Source: Piromyces finnis finn (Eukaryota; Fungi; Neocallimastigomycota). Taken from it: a stretch of DNA of 64,000 bases. Below the pieces are notes generated by a model, which did not search any database, was not told the origin of the DNA, and was given only the letters and a program-made list of their open reading frames with translations. The translations under genes were made by a program, and so were the position numbers. Shown here piece by piece: positions 58,428 to 64,000 of the stretch (positions within the stretch are counted from its first letter, which is position 1; each line of letters opens with the position of its first letter). Where the stretch lies: positions 186,001-250,000 of the forward strand of contig MCFH01000004.1 of assembly GCA_002104945.1 (NCBI GenBank). The letters run 5' to 3'.

Positions 58428-60487
58428 AATAATAATATTATATAACTATTCATATTATCACATTAATGAGAATTAATATTTTCATACATAAAAATATTAG
58501 AATTTTATATTTCACTTTTTTTATCATTTATATTTAAAAAAAATAATTATTGAATTTCAAATATATTATCAAATGGACTATTTTTTTATTCAATAGAATA
58601 TTGTTTATTATTCTGTCTAACTTAATATTACCTTTAAAAATACATTTATTCATCTTTCATCTTGACCTTTATCCATTCATACCCGCTTAATAAATTATTT
58701 AATTATTGTAGAAAAAATATATATGATATATTACTAATATATATTTCAATTAATTGATGATATATACGGATTAATATAAAAAATTATTATTATTTATTAA
58801 TAATTATTAAAATCTTAATTATATATATATTTTTATTTTTGAAATTATAATAAATATAATATAATAAATATAATAATAATAATAATAATAAAAATATAAA
58901 ATAGTATTCTTTTTTTTTAAAAAAAAAAAAAAAAAAGGAAGAAAGAAAAGATAATAAGATAAAAATAAAACAATAATAAAAAAAAAAAAAGGAAAAGTAA
59001 AAGAAGGATAGTTATTATTATAAATTCCTTTTTTTATTGTTTCCTTTTATAGTAGAATATTTTTTCTGTTTTTTTTATGTTTCTTATTATTTTTAATCCT
59101 AATTCAATATTCAAGTTAAATATCATTAATAAAGAAGAAAAAAATAAATATATAGAATTTAAACATCTAAGTTAAACAAACAAACGAACTAACAACAATA
59201 CACAATAATATCAAAAGAAAATCTATTTAGGTTTAAAAAAATAATAATAAATTTAATAATATATTAGATTAAATTAAATAAATTTTTTTTTAACAACATT
59301 GTTTATTTTTAATAATCAAAAAAAAAAAAAAAAAATACAGGTTATTATAATTTTTCATTATTACTTTATACATTTTATATATATATATGGGTGTATATAT
59401 ATGTATATATACAACTATTACACTTTGGAATGTCTGTTTTTTTAATAAATTGTCCAAATAAAAACATTATTAATTCTCATTATAAAATTCATTGATTATA
59501 ATCTTTATAAATAATAAACAAAAGTAATTTAGATTTTTCAAATTACAATTTATCGAAATCAATTTAAATAAATAAGCTATTCGAATAGAGAAATAAACAG
59601 AAAAAAAAAAATAGTAATTTTTTATAACAGCATTTAAAGCACAATTATAAAACAAATAAAAAAAAAAATTGTTTGTATATTCAACAACTCAATAATTATC
59701 TAATTACATTTATTATTGAAAAATAAACTATATAACACCATAAAATTTAATTATTAAGAAATTAAACGAAAAGAAAAAAGTATTTAAATATTAAAATATA
59801 TATAACAAATAATTAAAATAAATTGAAATAAATATAATTTAAAAACAAATTAAAAAATCCAATATTATTTAATTATTAAAAATTTAATAATCTTTTCATT
59901 ATTTTATCATAAATATAAACAAATAAGAAGAAAGAGAAAGAGAGAGACAATAAAAAAAAAAGTTGAAATGTGAATAATAAAAACAATAATTATAAAAATG
60001 TAAAAAGAAAAGAAAAAAAAAAAGTAATTAGATATATTATTAAAATAAAAAAAAAAAAAAAAAAACAATTTAAATTAGTATATATTTTTCATTAATTCAA
60101 TTCATACAAATCATAAATAAATTCCTAAGAGAATAAACAAAATTTTAAAATAATATAATAAATATAAAAATATTCGAAATTTTGAGTAAAGTAAATAAAA
60201 CAATATATCATTTTTCTAAACATATAATTTTATCGAAAATCAACTTGATAATAGACAATTTAAAGTAAAAAAATATTTATTTCCTTAAAGAATTACTAAA
60301 GTTGGACATTATCTTTCATTATCTTTCATATATATATAGCTTTTTTTATAATAAACTATATTTCATTTTTATTAATTTCTTATTAAAAAAAATATATATA
60401 TATACATGAACTAACGGTTAAATTTTGGATATAAACATATATTGTATCATTGAAATGCATTTTAATAATTTAAAAACAACAGTCAAG

Positions 60488-64000
<3,513 letters not shown>

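Overview
Extremely AT-rich, intron-rich eukaryotic DNA, most likely from an anaerobic gut fungus (Neocallimastigomycota). The assignment rests on fungal non-catalytic dockerins on a swollenin, a bacterial-type pullulanase and the base composition. Ten protein-coding genes are supported: MUS81 (partial), INTS4, a triple-dockerin swollenin, MCM6, a PHO13-like HAD phosphatase, cornichon/ERV14, a claudin/SUR7-like four-TM protein, a type I pullulanase, an intronless single-pass low-complexity protein and PKC1 (partial). The most striking element is an apparently very young tRNA-Ala-derived SINE at 20725-21324 on the minus strand. It has a pure 65-nt poly(A) tail and a perfect 13-bp target-site duplication, and it carries an intact-looking 53-nt spliceosomal intron whose donor is fully complementary to the U1 5' end. 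The ~15-kb gene-free interval around it also holds an M13 peptidase pseudogene, a MITE-like inverted repeat and decayed LTR-retrotransposon fragments. All gene models and family calls come from manual reading and recalled motifs; no database searches were run.
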